From contig CAWGTU010000003.1 of assembly GCA_963825635.1 (NCBI GenBank), positions 459,812 through 523,811 on the forward strand: a stretch of 64,000 bases of DNA, given 5' to 3'. Numbering within the stretch: the first letter of the stretch is position 1; each line of letters starts with the position of its first letter. Under the pieces are notes generated by a model. The model was not told the DNA's origin. It did not search any database and was given only the letters and a program-made list of their open reading frames with translations. The DNA is from an uncultured Actinomycetes bacterium. GTDB taxonomy: Bacteria > Actinomycetota > UBA4738 > HRBIN12. Shown piece after piece: positions 45,923 through 56,307 of the stretch. A program made the position numbers and the translations under genes.

Positions 45923-47098
45923 TCAGCCCTCCTGCGCCTGCATCGCCGCGATCAGGATGTCGGCAACCTCGGGCCGAGAGAACTCCTGCGGGGGTCGTTC
46001 CCCGTTGCGCAGCATCTCGCGGACCTTCGTGCCCGACAGCGAGATGCGGGTCTCCTCGCCGTGGGGGCACGTCTTCGGCGAGGCCATGCCCTCGCACGCC
46101 TCACACCAGAACGAGTGCTCGAAGTTCAGCGTCGTGATGCCCAGCTCGCCCGGCTCGAACTCGTTGAAGATCTGCTGGGCGTCGTAGGTGCCGTAGTACG
46201 TGCCGACACCGGCGTGGTCGCGACCCACGATGAAGTGGGTGCAGCCGTAGTTCTTGCGGCAGATCGCGTGCCAGATCGCCTCGCGGGGCCCCGCGTAGCG
46301 CATCGCGGCGGGGAAGATCGACACCATCGCGCGGTCCTTCGGGTAGTACCCCTCGAAGAGCGCCTCGTAGCACTCCATGCGCACATCGGGCGGCACGTCG
46401 TCGCTCTTGGTGGCTCCCATCAAAGGGTGCACGAGCAGGCCGTCGACGATCTCGAGCGCGCACTTCTGGATGTACTCGTGTGCACGGTGGATCGGGTTGC
46501 GGGTCTGGAACCCGACGACCGTCTTCCACCCGCGCTTCGCGAACTCGGCGCGGGTCTCGGCCGGCGTGAGCCGGTAGGGCCGGAAGTCGTCGTGGACCGG
46601 CAGCGACAGCACCTCGAGGTCCCCGGCGAGGCAGTACTCACCCGAGTCGTACACGGCAGCGACGCCCGGGTGCTCGGCCTCGTCGGTGCGGTAGACGGCG
46701 ACGGCCTCCTTCTGCTTGTCACGCTTGAACGATCCGCTGACCCTGAGCACGGCGATGGGGTCGGCGCCCTCGGCGGGCGCGAGCGCGACGGCGCCGCCGC
46801 CACCGAACCGATGTGCCTGCTCCTCGGTCACGCCGAGCACCACCGGGATCGCCCAGGCGAGGCCGTTCGTGAGGTGCATCGAGTCGAGCACCGAGTGGTA
46901 GTCGGCCTCGCCTTGGAACCCGGTCAGCGGGCTGAGCGCGCCGACCGCGAGCATCTCGAGGTCGGAGAGCTCGCGCTCGTTCGGCACGAGCTTGGGCAGG
47001 TTGGCGGCCTCCGTGGCGAGCGCGGCGACGGCCTCGGCGTCGGCGAGCAGGTCGACGAGGGTGCCGCCGTGGGGCGCGATGGGATACGTGTCGGACAT
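45923..47098 (-). CDS. sat: Sulfate adenylyltransferase (ATP sulfurylase, single-subunit Sat type)
   Basis: QTRN and GRDHAG motifs ([14 protein letters not shown]; [11 protein letters not shown]). Confidence 0.85.
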   Translation of the reverse strand: MSDTYPIAPHGGTLVDLLADAEAVAALATEAANLPKLVPNERELSDLEMLAVGALSPLTGFQGEADYHSVLDSMHLTNGLAWAIPVVLGVTEEQAHRFGGGGAVALAPAEGADPIAVLRVSGSFKRDKQKEAVAVYRTDEAEHPGVAAVYDSGEYCLAGDLEVLSLPVHDDFRPYRLTPAETRAEFAKRGWKTVVGFQTRNPIHRAHEYIQKCALEIVDGLLVHPLMGATKSDDVPPDVRMECYEALFEGYYPKDRAMVSIFPAAMRYAGPREAIWHAICRKNYGCTHFIVGRDHAGVGTYYGTYDAQQIFNEFEPGELGITTLNFEHSFWCEACEGMASPKTCPHGEETRISLSGTKVREMLRNGERPPQEFSRPEVADILIAAMQAQEG

Positions 47099-47158
47099 CT
47101 GTGCAGGCTCCTTCGATGGATGGCGTCTCGGCCGCCGGGGGGCGAACGACCGGGCACA

Positions 47159-47196
47159 GCATACGCGGTATGCTCCGCGGACCCGAGAGGGGTCCG
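47159..47196. promoter_or_regulatory. Two adjacent perfect inverted repeats (AGCATAC-gcg-GTATGCT and GGACCC-gagag-GGGTCC) in the sat/cysH divergent intergenic region, immediately 5' of cysH
   Basis: Read directly; coordinates +/-2. Confidence 0.45.
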
Positions 47197-47201
47197 ACCG
47201 C

Positions 47202-47930
47202 ATGCGAACCCTGCTTCCCGACGACGAGCTCGTCGATCTGAACATCACCTTCGAGGACGCGCACCCGCGCGAGATCCTCGCGTGGGCTCTCGAGGCATCG
47301 GGGCTGCGCACGATCGCGATCGCGTCGGCGTTCCAGGCCGAGGGCACGGCGATCATGCACATGGCGTCGGAGATCCGAGCCGACGTGCCGGTGCTCTTCC
47401 TCGAGACCGGGTTCCAGTTCGCGGAGACGCTCGCGTTCAAGGAACAGCTCGCCGACCGGCTCGGGCTGAACGTGATCGATCTGTACGGCGAGCTGACGGT
47501 CGAGCAGCAGGCGACGGAGTTCGGCGAGCGGCTCTACGAGCGAGACCCCGAGCGATGCTGCGACCTCAACAAGGTGCGGCCGATGTTCGAGGCGCTGCGC
47601 GGGCTCGACGGGTGGGTCACCGCGTTCCGGCGCGACTCGTCACCGACGCGGGCCGCCGCGCCGTTCGTGGAGCAGTACGAGCTGGAACCGGGACACACGA
47701 TCGTGAAGGTGAACCCCGTGGCGGCGTGGACGCGCCGCGACACGTGGGCCTACCTGAAGGAGCACGACCTGCCGCACAACCCGCTGTACGACCTCGGCTA
47801 CGCGTCGATCGGTTGCGCGCCCTGCACACGCCTGCGGTTCGCGGGTGAGCCCGAGCGCGCGGGACGCTGGGCCGGTCTCTCGAAGTGGGAGTGCGGCATC
47901 CACGAGAAGGAAGCCTCGGCCGAGGCCTGA
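47202..47930 (+). CDS. cysH: Adenylylsulfate/phosphoadenylylsulfate reductase (thioredoxin-dependent) with a C-terminal Cys cluster
   Basis: PAPS-reductase fold plus CC...CAPC cysteines suggesting the Fe-S APS reductase subtype. Confidence 0.8.
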   Translation: MRTLLPDDELVDLNITFEDAHPREILAWALEASGLRTIAIASAFQAEGTAIMHMASEIRADVPVLFLETGFQFAETLAFKEQLADRLGLNVIDLYGELTVEQQATEFGERLYERDPERCCDLNKVRPMFEALRGLDGWVTAFRRDSSPTRAAAPFVEQYELEPGHTIVKVNPVAAWTRRDTWAYLKEHDLPHNPLYDLGYASIGCAPCTRLRFAGEPERAGRWAGLSKWECGIHEKEASAEA

Positions 47931-47944
47931 CCGGCCCGCGACGT

Positions 47945-49381
47945 TCACCACGAGAAGCCCGGCGGCGCCGGGTCGCACCGTCGCTGTGCGTAGCGCCGGA
48001 GCGCCGCGATCTCCCGGCGCCACTTGCGATCGTCGATGACGTTCTTGAGGCTGTACGGATCGTCGGCGAGCCGGTAGTACTCCTCGTCGCCGCCGACGTA
48101 GTGCACGAACAGCTCCTCGCGGGTGCGCGCACCGCAGTAGGCGGGAACACCGCCTTCGGCGTGCTCCACGACGAACCGCTTCCGCACGCGAACGGCCGAC
48201 CCGTCAAGCAGCGGCACGAGGCTCCGCCCGTCGACCGCCGTCGGGGGCGCCAGCCCGACGAGCTCGGCGATCGTGGGAGCGACGTCCAGGTTCAGCACGA
48301 GCGATCGTGCCGACGCACCTCGCCCCGGCGCCGTGAGCGGGTCGTAGCGCACCAGCATCGGCACGTGAGAGGCGCCGTCGAACGGGGCGGCCTTGCGGAT
48401 GAGCCTGTGCTCCCCCCACATCACGCCGTTGTCGGAGGCGAACACGATCAACGTGTTCGACAGACGCCCCGACTGGCGCAGCGACTTCACGATGTCGGCG
48501 ATGCCGTCGTCGACCGACAGCAGGGTGCGGTACTGATCGAGGCGCCGCGCGTCGATCGCTCGACGCTGGGCGGCATCGAGGCGATCCGTGCGTCGGAGCC
48601 AGCCCGACTTGTCGGAAACGTCCCGCTCGTTGAAGTTCGGCGGTCGCCACGGTGCCAGATCGAGCGGCACGTCGGCATAGGCCGATTCGGGCAGTGCCGG
48701 GCTGTGCGGAGCGACCGGCGTCCAGAGCGCGAACAGCGGCCGGTCGGCCGGGGTCGAGCGGATGAACCGCGACACCTCCTCGTACGTCGCGGTCGTGGAG
48801 TATTCGTCATCGGGGAAGTCGACCAGCTCGCCGTTCACGCTGGCGTTGAACCCGTAGTACGAACGCCCGTCTCCTGATAAGAACCCGAACCACTCGTCCC
48901 ACCCCGGCGGCACGATCGAGGCGTCGCTGTAGCCGTTGAGGTACTTGCCGAACAGGCCGGTGCGATACCCGGCGTCGTCGAGCCAGGTGGCGATCGTCGA
49001 GCTAGGGTCGAACGCCGCGAAGCCCCCGAACTCACCGCTGTTCTTCCACACCCCGTTCGTGTGGGAGTACGTGCCGGTGAGGAAGCTCGCCCGACTCGGA
49101 CAGCACGAGGGATTGGGAACGAACGCGGATCGGAACCGAACGCCCCGGGCGGCGATCAGCTTCTGGAGCTGCGGCATGTGCGTCAGGGTGCGCGCTCGCT
49201 GGTCGTCGGTGATCACCACGACGATGTCGAGCGGATCTGCTCTTTGGGCCGCGACGGCTCGAGGCGAACCGATCACCACGACGACCATCACGATCTGCGC
49301 GAGCACGGCAGCTGCCACAGGGGGTAGAGCCGCGCGATGACGAGGCCACGTGCTTGCGTCGAACGTTGCCTTGCGTAGCAT
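47945..49381 (-). CDS. Cys-type sulfatase (arylsulfatase family)
   Basis: CCPSR formylglycine motif (SCCPSRASFLTG), signal/TM at the N-terminus, metal-binding DDQ. Start uncertain (49381-49420). Confidence 0.8.
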   Translation of the reverse strand: MLRKATFDASTWPRHRAALPPVAAAVLAQIVMVVVVIGSPRAVAAQRADPLDIVVVITDDQRARTLTHMPQLQKLIAARGVRFRSAFVPNPSCCPSRASFLTGTYSHTNGVWKNSGEFGGFAAFDPSSTIATWLDDAGYRTGLFGKYLNGYSDASIVPPGWDEWFGFLSGDGRSYYGFNASVNGELVDFPDDEYSTTATYEEVSRFIRSTPADRPLFALWTPVAPHSPALPESAYADVPLDLAPWRPPNFNERDVSDKSGWLRRTDRLDAAQRRAIDARRLDQYRTLLSVDDGIADIVKSLRQSGRLSNTLIVFASDNGVMWGEHRLIRKAAPFDGASHVPMLVRYDPLTAPGRGASARSLVLNLDVAPTIAELVGLAPPTAVDGRSLVPLLDGSAVRVRKRFVVEHAEGGVPAYCGARTREELFVHYVGGDEEYYRLADDPYSLKNVIDDRKWRREIAALRRYAQRRCDPAPPGFSW

Positions 49382-49388
49382 CCGATCC

Positions 49389-50651
49389 ATGCTACGTCGT
49401 CTGGACCCGAGGTCGAGCATCTGGCGACGAGCCGAGCGTGGAGCCGCGCTGGCGAGCCTCCTGGGAGCACTGGCCGCTGGGACTCAGGGCACGGCCGCGG
49501 CGCCCGCTCGCGAGCCGATCCGCGACATCGGCGTGCAGTCAGGGCTGCGGATCGAACAGCGAAGCTACGCCGTCCGTGCTCGCGACGTCGACGGCGACGG
49601 CCGTAGGGATCTCCTGTTCGTTCACCACACCGGGCCCACGGAGCTCTTCAGGAGCACATCGTCGGGCTTCGAGCTCCAGACGACCTTCGTCGACGAGATC
49701 CACGGTGAGAACGACCGCCACGACTGCGCGTGGGGAGACGTGGATCTCGACGGCCGACTCGATCTGTACTGCGTGAAGGGTGCGAGGGTCGGAACCGCCG
49801 AGAAGCACAACGAGCTCTGGATGCAGCAACCCGACGGCACCTTCGTCGATCGCGCGGGCGCGTTCCGCGTCGTGGATCGATGGGGGCGGGGACGACGCAC
49901 AGAGTTCCTCGATCTGAACGGCGACGCCTTCCCCGACCTCTTCGTGGGAAACGCATTCCCTCGGCGAGACGGCCGCCCGACGCCCAACAGGACGTTCCTG
50001 AACGTGCAGGGCGAGCGCTTCCGGCGTGCTGACATGGGGTTGACCCGGGAGGCCGGCGCGTCCTGCCTCGACGTCGACGACTTCGACGGTGACGGGAATG
50101 ACGATCTCTTGGTCTGCGAGAAGCGGGGGCTGAAGCTCTACCTCCGACGCCAGGGCGGATTCGTCGATGCGACTCGGGCCTTCGGGATACCGGAGCGAGC
50201 CGTCGAATGGGCGCGATCGCACGACCTCGATCGTGACGGTGCGCTCGATCTCGTTGCGATCACCGAGCGGCGACTCACGGTTCGGCTGCGCCTGGGGCCC
50301 GGCCGGTTCGACCGTCCGTCCCTTCGACTCCCGCTCGAGATGGGCCACGCCGTCGAGATCGCCGACATCGACGGTCGCGCAGGGGCGGACCTCCTGGTCG
50401 TGCAGGGGTGCGTCGACGGCGTCAACGTCGATGATCTCGTGCTTCTGAATGACGGGACCGCCGGGATCTGGCAACAGCACTCCACGCCCGGTGATGTGCC
50501 GGGATGTGGCGACGTGGCAGCGACCCTCGACTTCGACCGGGACGGCGCGATCGAGTTCGTGGTCATGAACGGCGGCGGACAGGGACAGCCCTTGAGTCCG
50601 GTGGGGCCCGACCAGCTCCTGACGATGGGCGACTGGCCGCAGGATCCCTAA
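49389..50651 (+). CDS. Secreted FG-GAP/VCBS-repeat protein (ASPIC/UnbV-like)
   Basis: Repeated DxDGDGxxD(L/V) calcium-binding-like motifs and a signal peptide. The start overlaps the divergent sulfatase start region and is uncertain. Confidence 0.6.
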   Translation: MLRRLDPRSSIWRRAERGAALASLLGALAAGTQGTAAAPAREPIRDIGVQSGLRIEQRSYAVRARDVDGDGRRDLLFVHHTGPTELFRSTSSGFELQTTFVDEIHGENDRHDCAWGDVDLDGRLDLYCVKGARVGTAEKHNELWMQQPDGTFVDRAGAFRVVDRWGRGRRTEFLDLNGDAFPDLFVGNAFPRRDGRPTPNRTFLNVQGERFRRADMGLTREAGASCLDVDDFDGDGNDDLLVCEKRGLKLYLRRQGGFVDATRAFGIPERAVEWARSHDLDRDGALDLVAITERRLTVRLRLGPGRFDRPSLRLPLEMGHAVEIADIDGRAGADLLVVQGCVDGVNVDDLVLLNDGTAGIWQQHSTPGDVPGCGDVAATLDFDRDGAIEFVVMNGGGQGQPLSPVGPDQLLTMGDWPQDP

Positions 50652-51562
50652 GCGACGACCCAGAGGGCCTCACGGGCGAGCTCGATCTGGAGCCGCTGGT
50701 GCTCGCCGAGCGAATCGCCGTCGACCTGCACCGGGAACGGCCGGTCGGACGTGACCACCACGTGGGACGCATCGTGGCGGTAGTCGATGTCGCGGCTCTG
50801 CACGTGGCGCGCCGAGCCGAACACCTGCGCGGCGATGCGCGGCACGTTGCGGCGGGCGAGCTTGCGCATGCTCAACACGTCGAGACCGGTCTCGAGCGAT
50901 GCCTGCGGCGTCATGCGCAAGCCACGATCCTTGTAGTACGTGTACGGATCGGTGCGCCCCACCATCACCGAGAGCGACGGTTCCACCGCCCCCCCGTCGA
51001 TCGACACCTCGAGATCGGGGAGCTTGCCCGCATAGCCCACCATCAGCTCCCACGCGACGCTGCGGAACGCGACCCGGTCGAATTTCGCCTTCGTCTTGGG
51101 GAACTTCGCGTCCATGCGGGCCATCGCCGCGGCATCGACGCCCGCCCCGCAGTTCACCGCGAAGTACCGGCCGTCCGCCCGGCCCAGGTGCAGCTTGAAC
51201 GACTCGTCGTCGAGCGCCTTGCCGATCAGCACGCCGGTGGCATCGACCGGCTCGGTCGGCAGTCCCAGCGCGCGCACCAGGATGTTGGTCGCTCCACCGG
51301 GCAGCACCCCCAAGGCCGTCTCGGTCCCGGCCAGCGAGTTCACGACCTCGTTGATCGTGCCGTCGCCGGAGAAGACCACGACGAGGTCGACGCCCTCGTC
51401 GACGGCCTGGGTCGCGATCTCGCTCGCATGGCCTCGTTCCTTCGTCTCGGTGACCTCGAGGCGGAAGTCTGCAGACATCGCCTTCTCGATCACGGCGAGC
51501 GTCGGCTGGGACACCGTGCGGGCCACGGGGTTGACGATGAGGAGGACTCGTTGGAATCGCAT
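50648..51562 (-). CDS. Diacylglycerol/lipid kinase catalytic-domain protein (YegS/DagK family)
   Basis: GGDGT motif (VVFSGDGTINEVVN). Confidence 0.75.
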   Translation of the reverse strand: MRFQRVLLIVNPVARTVSQPTLAVIEKAMSADFRLEVTETKERGHASEIATQAVDEGVDLVVVFSGDGTINEVVNSLAGTETALGVLPGGATNILVRALGLPTEPVDATGVLIGKALDDESFKLHLGRADGRYFAVNCGAGVDAAAMARMDAKFPKTKAKFDRVAFRSVAWELMVGYAGKLPDLEVSIDGGAVEPSLSVMVGRTDPYTYYKDRGLRMTPQASLETGLDVLSMRKLARRNVPRIAAQVFGSARHVQSRDIDYRHDASHVVVTSDRPFPVQVDGDSLGEHQRLQIELAREALWVVA

Positions 51563-51620
51563 GCGCGCGGCCAGTATCGCAGGGAGTGCTCGAGAGCGCG
51601 TCGGCCGCTAGCCTGCGGTC

Positions 51621-52103
51621 GTGCGGATCCTCCTCCTCGTCCTGCACGTGCTCGGTGCGGTGGTCGCCCTCGGGTTCTCGCTCAGCTACGGGTTGTGGGT
51701 GCGTCGCGGTGAGGCCGACGGCCCGCAGGGTCGGGCCTTCGCGCTGCGCACCGTGTCGTGGATCGACCGACGCATCACGACGCCGGCCTTCATCGCGCAG
51801 CTGATCACGGGACTCCTGCTGGTCGCGACGATCGACTGGGACCTGCTCCGGCAGGCGTGGCTGGAGCTGTCCCTCGGCATCTACGTGCTGCTCACGGTGC
51901 TCGCGATCACGGTCTACGCGCCGTCGTTCCGGAAGCAGCGCGAGATCGCGGAGGCCATCGCAGAGGGTGGCGCCGAGGGCGGCGCCGACGAGTCCGCGTA
52001 CGCCGCCGCCGCATCGAAGGCGACCACTTGGGGCGTGATCGTCACCGTGCTCACCCTCGTGATCGTCGTGTTGATGGTGTGGAAGCCGGCACTCTGGAGC
52101 TAA
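51621..52103 (+). CDS. Small integral membrane protein (4 TM), function unknown
   Basis: Hydrophobicity pattern. Confidence 0.5.
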   Translation: MRILLLVLHVLGAVVALGFSLSYGLWVRRGEADGPQGRAFALRTVSWIDRRITTPAFIAQLITGLLLVATIDWDLLRQAWLELSLGIYVLLTVLAITVYAPSFRKQREIAEAIAEGGAEGGADESAYAAAASKATTWGVIVTVLTLVIVVLMVWKPALWS

Positions 52104-52363
52104 CTGCCGGCGCTGCGTGGCTCCGCTGAGGAGCCGCCGCTGACCGGCGGCAGCAACGCCACCTCGTCGCCATCGGCGAGCGGCGTGTCACGGGAGGCTC
52201 GCTCCCCGTTCACGACGAACGACCCCACCTCGGCGATCTGCGAGAACCGCCCCCCGTAGCGCGCCGAGAGGTCGTCGACCACGTCACCCACCGTGTGACC
52301 CGTCGCCTCGACGTGCGAGTCGCCGGCGATCTCGCGGAGCGCGGCGAACAGACGTACGTTCAC
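52100..52363 (-). CDS. MoaD/ThiS/CysO-family sulfur carrier protein with a 10-residue extension after the Gly-Gly motif
   Basis: VNVRLFAALRE ... DGDEVALLPPVSGG followed by SSAEPRSAGS. GTGA overlap with the upstream hydrolase stop. Confidence 0.65.
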   Translation of the reverse strand: MNVRLFAALREIAGDSHVEATGHTVGDVVDDLSARYGGRFSQIAEVGSFVVNGERASRDTPLADGDEVALLPPVSGGSSAEPRSAGS

Positions 52364-53226
52364 GTGAGGTCCACCATCTCGCCCAGGACGTCGACGAGCT
52401 TGTGTGCGAACGCGGGCGTCAGCCCGTCCTCCGCGTGACCGAACCCCTCCCCGATCAGCAGACGCTTCGGCTCGCCGGCGGCCTCGTAGAGCCGATGGGC
52501 GTGCGACGGCGGGAACAGCCGGTCGTCGGCCCCGTGCACGATCACCACCGGGGTCGGCGCGATCTTGCCGATCACGTCCTCGGGAGACTCGGGCGGGTCC
52601 CAGCGGTCGGGCATGCGCACGCCGAACGCCCGCAGGGCGGCACGCCCGGCCGGCGTGCCGATGCTCGCGTGCATGTTGCGTCGGGCTCGAGGGTGCGCAT
52701 CGTCGTGCCAATCCCAGTACGCGAGCGAGGAGATGCCGACCACCGCGTCGGTGCCACCGAGCAACGCGCCGTGGCGGATCGAGGCGATCGCCCCCATCGA
52801 TGTGCCGCAGGAGATCACCGTCGCGTGCCCTTCGTCGCGCGCGAGCCGATGGGCCGCCTCCAGATCGTAGATCTCGTCGCCCCCGAAGTCGCAGACACCG
52901 TCGCTGTGACCGTGCCCGCGCATGTCCAGCGCGTAGACCGTGAACGAGGGGGTCAACTGCTCGCCGAAGACGGCGAACCGCGGCTTGCGGTGCCATCCGA
53001 TCATGCCGTGGGCGAGCAGCAGAGCCGGGCGACCGGGTTCCGCCTCGCCGAGGCGCGAGCCGTGGATGTGCACACCGTCTTCGGTCGTCACGACGAACGG
53101 CTCAGCCGGCACGCGCCAGTGATGCGACGTGATGCCCTGGAAGGTCGTCATCGCCGTTCGAGCGATCCCCGATACCTCGTCATCGTGAGCCAGCGTACCC
53201 ATGATGCACGGAGCCGCCAGGGCCAT
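52360..53226 (-). CDS. Alpha/beta hydrolase
   Basis: HGMIG oxyanion region, CGTSMG nucleophile elbow, C-terminal His. Start uncertain (53151-53226). Confidence 0.65.
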   Translation of the reverse strand: MALAAPCIMGTLAHDDEVSGIARTAMTTFQGITSHHWRVPAEPFVVTTEDGVHIHGSRLGEAEPGRPALLLAHGMIGWHRKPRFAVFGEQLTPSFTVYALDMRGHGHSDGVCDFGGDEIYDLEAAHRLARDEGHATVISCGTSMGAIASIRHGALLGGTDAVVGISSLAYWDWHDDAHPRARRNMHASIGTPAGRAALRAFGVRMPDRWDPPESPEDVIGKIAPTPVVIVHGADDRLFPPSHAHRLYEAAGEPKRLLIGEGFGHAEDGLTPAFAHKLVDVLGEMVDLT

Positions 53227-53256
53227 AGACCCCGGCGGCTCGTGGTGAAGCGGCTC

Positions 53257-53832
53257 CTAGACCGCGGCCGTTTCCTTGACCAACGGCGCGGACTGGACCT
53301 CTGCGACGCGCTTCGCGTGGCGGAACCCGAGGAACGCGAGCACCGCGAAGAGGATCCCGGCCACGATCATCAGGTACCCCGCGTACACCGCGATCGTGGC
53401 TGCGGTCCACCACCCGTACGCGTTCAGCAGGATCGCCCTGAGCGTCTCACCCTTGAACAGAGTGTCTGCCTTGCCCTGAAGCTCGGCCGCCGTGTCTGGG
53501 TCGAGGCCCTCCTCACGGGCAGCAGCGCTCGTCTCCGAGTACGTGGCTCCCTCGTTGATCTCGGCGAGGTGGCCCTGGATATAGCGCGAGTACGCCTCGG
53601 CCTGATCCCCGTTGACGACCTGCTGCTCGGCGTAGTCCCCAAGCTCTGCCTGCTCTTCAGGAGTCATCGCGTCGTATGGCGGGAACACGATGTTCTGCGG
53701 CTCGAGTCGGTCGGTCACGTTGGACTGCGCGAAGTTCCCGCCGTAGACAGCGAGCGCTCCGAGCACGATCAACGCGACGGCGAGCACCACGCCGGCGGTG
53801 CTGATCAGCTGGTCCCATGTCTTCCTGTTCAT
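53257..53832 (-). CDS. Membrane protein with two TM helices flanking a ~120-aa extracytoplasmic domain
   Basis: Hydrophobicity; start at M9 of the track ORF. Confidence 0.45.
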   Translation of the reverse strand: MNRKTWDQLISTAGVVLAVALIVLGALAVYGGNFAQSNVTDRLEPQNIVFPPYDAMTPEEQAELGDYAEQQVVNGDQAEAYSRYIQGHLAEINEGATYSETSAAAREEGLDPDTAAELQGKADTLFKGETLRAILLNAYGWWTAATIAVYAGYLMIVAGILFAVLAFLGFRHAKRVAEVQSAPLVKETAAV

Positions 53833-54026
53833 GCCGTACCCCTTTCTGATACCCACATCTCGGTTCAGCGTGCACCTCCGAGGAGGCCGCGACCGCAGGC
53901 GGACGGCACCACCTGCTCGGGACGTCTCCCACCGGCGGTGGGACCTTCGGCCCCCCGACAGCCCAGGTCGAACGGCCGCCGACCGGGTTCGCCGTCGTAT
54001 TCCCCGCTGAAGGAGCAGCCGATATC

Positions 54027-54698
54027 GTGAGCACAGCCATGAGACGCCTCGCCCTGCTCTCGGACCGCTCGCCGCAGGTGGCCCTGCCGGCCCTCACCGA
54101 GGTGCTCCCCGACCTGAAGGTGGAACCGCTGTCGGTGGTCTCGATCGGCCACGTGCTCGCCCTCGAGCCCGAGGCGGTGCTGGTCGATGCGGCCGAGCAT
54201 CCGGCGCAGGCGTGGACCGTGATGCAGGCGCTGCGCGAACGCGATCCTCGGGTACCGGCGATCCTCGTCGTGGAACGCGACACGATCGAGCGCTATCCCT
54301 GGCACGAGGTCGCCGACGAGTTCCTCTATCCGGGGGCTCCGGGGCCCGAGGTGCGCGTGCGGCTCGCGATGCTCCGACGAAGGGCGGGGAGCGGCGACGG
54401 CTCCATCACGAGGCTCGGCCCGCTCGCGCTCGACGTCGACACGTACCGGGTCACGGCGAGCGGACGTCCCCTCGATCTCACCTACAAGGAGTTCGAGCTG
54501 CTGCGGTTCCTCGCGTCGAACCCGGGGCGCGTCTACACCCGCCCCGCCCTGCTGCGCGAGGTCTGGGGATACGACTTCTACGGCGGCACACGCACGGTCG
54601 ACGTGCACGTGCGACGCCTGCGCGCCAAGCTCGGGCCCGAGCACGAGCACCTGATCGAGACCGTGCGGGGCGTCGGCTACCGATCGGCCACACCATGA
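54027..54698 (+). CDS. glnR: Orphan OmpR-family response regulator GlnR (global nitrogen regulator)
   Basis: C-terminal winged helix nearly identical in pattern to actinobacterial GlnR (LDLTYKEFELLRFLASNPGRVYTRPALLREVWGYDFYGGTRTVDVHVRRLRAKLGPEHE). Atypical receiver domain. Confidence 0.8.
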   Translation: MSTAMRRLALLSDRSPQVALPALTEVLPDLKVEPLSVVSIGHVLALEPEAVLVDAAEHPAQAWTVMQALRERDPRVPAILVVERDTIERYPWHEVADEFLYPGAPGPEVRVRLAMLRRRAGSGDGSITRLGPLALDVDTYRVTASGRPLDLTYKEFELLRFLASNPGRVYTRPALLREVWGYDFYGGTRTVDVHVRRLRAKLGPEHEHLIETVRGVGYRSATP

Positions 54699-54714
54699 CG
54701 TGCCGGGGTCCTGC

Positions 54715-55926
54715 ATGACACGACACGACGTGGTGGTGATCGGTGGCGGCCAGGCGGGACTGGCGGTCAGCCGCGAGCTCGGCCGACGCCAGGTGGATCA
54801 CTCTGTGCTCGAGCGAGCCCGCGTCGGATCCTCGTGGGCGACGCTGTGGGAGAGCTTCCACCTCAACACCCCGAACTGGAGCGTCAAGCTCCCGGGCATG
54901 CCGTACGACGGCGACGACCCGGACGGCTTCATGTCGCGCCGCGAGATCGTGGGGCACCTCGAACGCTACGTGGCGGCGAGCGACGCGCCGCTGCGCACCG
55001 GGATCGACGTCACGTCGCTCGTGCCGAAGGCAGGTGAGGTCCGGCTGGAGACGAACGAGGGCCCGATGACGGCGCGAGCGGCTGTGGTCTGCACCGGTGC
55101 CTACCAGCGGTCCTTCCGGCCGCCCGGCGCCGACGAGCTTCCTCCAGGCTTGATCACCCTGGACCCGCGCTCCTATCGGACCCCCGACTCCGTCCCCGAC
55201 GGGGTCGTGCTGGTGGTGGGCAGCGGGCAGTCGGGCTGTCAGATCGCGGAGGAACTGTGCGAGGCCGGGCGAGAGGTCGTGGTGGCGTGCGGCAGAGCGC
55301 CAAGGGCACCGCGCAGGGTCGGCGGCCACGACCTGATGTGGTGGGCGGTCGAGACTGGGTTCCTCGACGGCACGATCGACTCCCTCCCCTCGCCAGCAGC
55401 CAGGTTCACGGCGAACGTCACCGCGAGCGGCGCCAACGGCGGCCACGACCTCGATGCACGCGCCCTGCGAGCCAAGGGCGCCGTGCTGGTCGGGCGTTTC
55501 ATGAGCTGCGATGGGGGCCGCGTGCGGTTCGCCGATGACCTCGCCGAGTCCGTCGCGTGGGCCGACGAGCGATACCTCGAGTTCCGTGAGGATGTCCTGG
55601 CGCTCTGCGAGGACCGCGGCCTGGACGTGCCCGATCTCCCCGACCCCGAGCCGTTCGATGCCGAGTCGCCGGATGCCTTCGATGTGGACGCGCTGGGCGG
55701 CGTGATCTTCACCGGCGGGTTCCGGCCCGACTACGGGTGGATCGACGTGCCCGGCGTCGTCGACGAGATGGGGTTCCCGGTGCAGCGCGACGGCGTCAGC
55801 GGTGTGGCGCCGGGTGTGTTCTTCGCGGGGGTGCACTTCCTGCGTTCGCGCAAGTCGTCGCTGCTGTACGGGATCGGCGATGACGCCTCGGTCGTTGCGG
55901 ACAAGGTCTCGGCGCACCTGGGCTGA
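54715..55926 (+). CDS. FAD/NAD(P)-binding oxidoreductase (flavin-monooxygenase-like)
   Basis: Two dinucleotide-binding motifs (VVVIGGGQAG; VLVVGSGQSG). Confidence 0.65.
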   Translation: MTRHDVVVIGGGQAGLAVSRELGRRQVDHSVLERARVGSSWATLWESFHLNTPNWSVKLPGMPYDGDDPDGFMSRREIVGHLERYVAASDAPLRTGIDVTSLVPKAGEVRLETNEGPMTARAAVVCTGAYQRSFRPPGADELPPGLITLDPRSYRTPDSVPDGVVLVVGSGQSGCQIAEELCEAGREVVVACGRAPRAPRRVGGHDLMWWAVETGFLDGTIDSLPSPAARFTANVTASGANGGHDLDARALRAKGAVLVGRFMSCDGGRVRFADDLAESVAWADERYLEFREDVLALCEDRGLDVPDLPDPEPFDAESPDAFDVDALGGVIFTGGFRPDYGWIDVPGVVDEMGFPVQRDGVSGVAPGVFFAGVHFLRSRKSSLLYGIGDDASVVADKVSAHLG

Positions 55927-56307
55927 TCCGGCCGAACCCAGTCGAGATGGACTACCCAAGTCGGGCCATCGGCAAATGACTCACATGGGCTCTGCGCCGA
56001 GCGCTGCTGTAGCGCCGATGACCTCGGTGTGAACGGCGACATGGGAGCCGCGCCACTCGTCCCCCCGGGCGAACTCCCCTCGGTCACGCGGCCTCCGCCG
56101 CCGTTCCCCGGCTCGCGTCGGCGACCGCCGCGGCACCTTCGGGCGCCCGCGCCGACGCGAGCCGGCTTCCCCCCCGTCCACCCAGGTCCCGTCCGCTCCC
56201 CTCGCGGTCGGGACCTCGCTCCATGCCCGTCTGGCCGCTGCGGGCGGTTCCGTGCTACAACACCCGACCGCTGACCGAGGCGGTTCCCTTCCTCACCCGA
56301 GCTGACG

